DNA of 63,998 nucleotides, filler included, from Perkinsus olseni (Eukaryota): NCBI GenBank assembly GCA_013115125.1. It is 12 parts of 12 records of this genome, joined end to end, with 100 filler letters (N's around TTAATTAATTAA, not from the genome) between each part and the next. Parts side by side here need not be neighbours in the genome. Positions count along the whole stretch, not along the records: positions 58,852 to 63,998 come from JABANN010001214.1; 11 more parts are not named here. One strand, 5' to 3'. Shown piece by piece: positions 62,701 to 63,998 of this stretch (position 1 is its first letter; each line of letters starts with the position of its first letter). The notes under the pieces were generated by a model. It saw only the letters and a program-made list of their open reading frames with translations, ran no database searches and was not told where the DNA came from. The position numbers and the translations under genes were made by a program.

Positions 62701-63998
62701 CCCAAACCAATAGAAGCGGATGAAGGCTTTTTCAAGGCTGCCCTCTCATTGAAAATTGGCAAGAGCCCTGGCGTCGACGGCATCAGTGGTGACCTCATTA
62801 GTTTGAGCGAAACGTCGCAGAAGTGGATCTATGAGATATGTTCGAGATGCTCCGATGCAGAAAAACAGCCCAGTGAATGGCTCAAGAGCAAAGTTACTCG
62901 CATCAAGGCCCCGCAAACTAGCGCAAGAGATCGGATCATATAGAACAGTCATGGCATGAGTAGCTGCAGCCAAGATATACTCGACCGTCATTTCGAGACG
63001 AATCAACGACCACTTGGACAAGCACATACACCACTCCCAGTGTGGATTCAGGAAATCCCGGTCAGCCGCTGAAGTCATACATGCCACACAGCTACTATGA
63101 TGGTCCTCACAGGCACCACGTATTGCCATGACTGTCTAGGTCATGGCAACGATGGCAACTACGCTATCAGGACTCATGAACGCCAGCGATGCGAGTATCG
63201 CTCATAACCGACCTCTCTGCCTGCTAATGGCAGACTGGCAGAAAGCATTCGATAAATTGGATCGAGGATTTATGATGTCCTGTTTGCAGCAAACGAGCTT
63301 ACATCCGAAATACCTACGAATCATACAGCAAAGTTATGCGGACGTCATCGCATCGATAACTCTCCATAATGAGACGTGCGAAGTCAGGTTGGAATCTGGA
63401 GTTAAGCAGGGGGATATATGGAGTCCGATAATCTTCATTACATCATTGGATACAGCTCTTCGAATAAGTATAATATCAGCTGGAAACGGTATTAGACTCA
63501 CGAAGGAAGATTACTTGGCTCGAAGACATACCCGTTTCACCGAGAAATCGGCACTGCTCCAGGAGCCAATTGGATGTCTGTGTTTCGCTGACGATGTCAC
63601 CATTCCGACAGAAGGGGTATAAGAGAACGACGTGGCTCTCACGGCATTGGAGAACGAGGCGCTGCCTGCCAATCTTAGACTAGGCATCGACGGAGTGGAC
63701 TGCAAGACGAAGAGGATGCTGATAAATTGTGAGCAGCAGGATGGTGCTAGTCGGATCGGTGTAGTCAAGAAATATAAGCAGTTGGGAATACTTATAACGG
63801 CTGGGCTCGGATACTCAGAGTCTATAAGAGATCGAATCCGCATTGCTGGAGCGAATTTACATAGGCTTCGAGATATATGGAAATCCCATGATATGGGCTC
63901 AGAAGGTAAGATGGCTCTAATGAGATCAATAGTCTTCGCCTCACTATTCTATGGATCGGAGACGATGGCGATCAACAAAGATGAAGAGCAAATGTATA
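59796..63998 (+). mobile_element. Two-ORF APE-RT non-LTR retrotransposon (RTE/RTEX-like), decayed
   Basis: ORF1 from 59961: coiled coil, KIVVFGIPE and PICVQF RRM-like motifs, two frameshifts. ORF2: GTLNVQ, CETH, GDFN, TDH (APE); KSPGVDGI, QCGFR, DWQKAFD, GVKQGDIWSP, FADD (RT); several premature stops. Confidence 0.92.
59914..59933 (+). other. Spliced-leader sequence embedded in the LINE 5' leader
   Basis: CGTAGCCATCTTGGCTCAAG is the last 20 nt of the 22-nt Perkinsus SL. It lies 27 nt upstream of the ORF1 ATG and has no GT donor after it. Confidence 0.88.

Overview
This is not one locus. It is 12 unplaced eukaryotic contigs of about 5.2-5.3 kb, sorted by decreasing length and joined by artificial 100-bp linkers (N44-TTAATTAATTAA-N44). 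Short GT-AG introns (about 40-60 nt) and two near-exact copies of the Perkinsus/dinoflagellate spliced-leader (SL) sequence point to a Perkinsus species (alveolate). Recognisable genes: a PP2C-like phosphatase, FCF1/UTP24, a tandem cluster of short-chain dehydrogenases, a TruD/PUS7 pseudouridine synthase, tRNA-Cys(GCA), and several lineage-specific secreted proteins. Mobile DNA: an intact, very compact Ty3/Gypsy gag-pol element, two further LTR-element fragments, an APE-RT LINE (5' and 3' parts on different contigs) and a 375-bp-arm fold-back. Best leads: (1) a spliced gene fusing a Pif1-family helicase to a Mutator-type DDE transposase, preceded by two oppositely oriented GTGAC/GTCAC repeat arrays; (2) a LINE whose 5' leader carries a genomic SL base-paired to an upstream anti-SL around a structured RNA core; (3) a tRNA-Cys gene antisense inside an intron of a tRNA-modifying enzyme gene; (4) an in-frame TGA aligned to Cys in an SDR paralogue. 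All calls come from reading motifs by eye. No database searches were run, and exon boundaries are approximate unless stated.
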